A stretch of DNA of 64,000 nucleotides, taken from the NCBI RefSeq assembly GCF_033153115.1, contig NW_026889751.1:11222001-11286000 (forward strand), written 5' to 3'. Position 1 is the stretch's first letter. The number at the start of each line of letters is the position of its first letter. Shown piece after piece: positions 63,901 to 64,000 of the stretch. Made by a program: the position numbers and the translations under genes. The notes under the pieces are model-generated. The model made no database searches. It worked only from the letters and a program-made list of their open reading frames with translations, and was not told where the DNA came from. Source of the DNA: Saccostrea echinata (taxonomy: Eukaryota).

Positions 63901-64000
63901 TCACGTAGTCTTTTCCTGTCTCCTGGGTCGAAATAGTTGGCTGGTGGTCCTCAATATGATGTTGGTCCTGACTGTATTCTGGTGAAAACAGGTCCCTGGA
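60920..64000 (-). mobile_element. Decayed non-LTR retrotransposon, Hero/NeSL-type (RT plus restriction-like endonuclease)
   Basis: Minus-strand fragments SAPGPNGVTHKVIKKC, QKGGIPGFPGC (~62640-62608), LDLANAYGSVPH (~62529-62494), IDKTGLPGK, QRPDII (~61399-61382), EL*VPWE and FPLEMGAHGF. Many stops and frameshifts; the element runs off the window end. Confidence 0.82.
63402..63747. mobile_element. Small TIR element inserted in the Hero-like relic
   Basis: CAGGTGCGCATCTAGGA ... TCTTGATCCGCGCAT ends enclosing G/C runs and (TG)n. The AT-rich interior differs from the flanking LINE sequence. Confidence 0.55.

Overview
AT-rich, intron-containing animal genomic DNA. The repeat families and gene set suggest a bivalve, most likely an oyster (inference). 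Six host genes can be reconstructed by hand-splicing: the last exon of proteasome subunit alpha-6 (PSMA6); a 4-coding-exon CIPC (CLOCK-interacting pacemaker) homologue with an upstream E-box cluster; a kyphoscoliosis-peptidase/hillarin-type transglutaminase-like gene that appears to need two consecutive GC-AG introns; a 17-exon M28B peptidase (GCPII/NAALADase-like) that keeps all Zn ligands but lacks the glutamate-specificity residues; an ANKRD63-like ankyrin gene; and a convergent tandem TIR-TIR gene whose spliced product ends in a PDZ-ligand-like motif. Between and inside these genes lies a dense, often nested set of mobile elements. These include a near-intact hAT transposon whose transposase is interrupted 19 codons before its stop by a Helentron-type (HINE) insertion, several HINEs carrying ~153-166 bp satellite-like cores, a Meta-type SINE with TSD, an IS3EU-like MITE, TTAA (Kolobok-like) MITEs, 9-bp-TSD foldbacks, a three-level nest in one intron and a decayed Hero-type LINE. 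I found no convincing wholly new multi-gene system. The best leads are the TIR-TIR gene, the CIPC regulatory architecture, the divergent M28B pocket and the TE nesting and foldback families. All exon models are manual inferences from splice motifs, frame continuity and recalled homology; no database searches were run.
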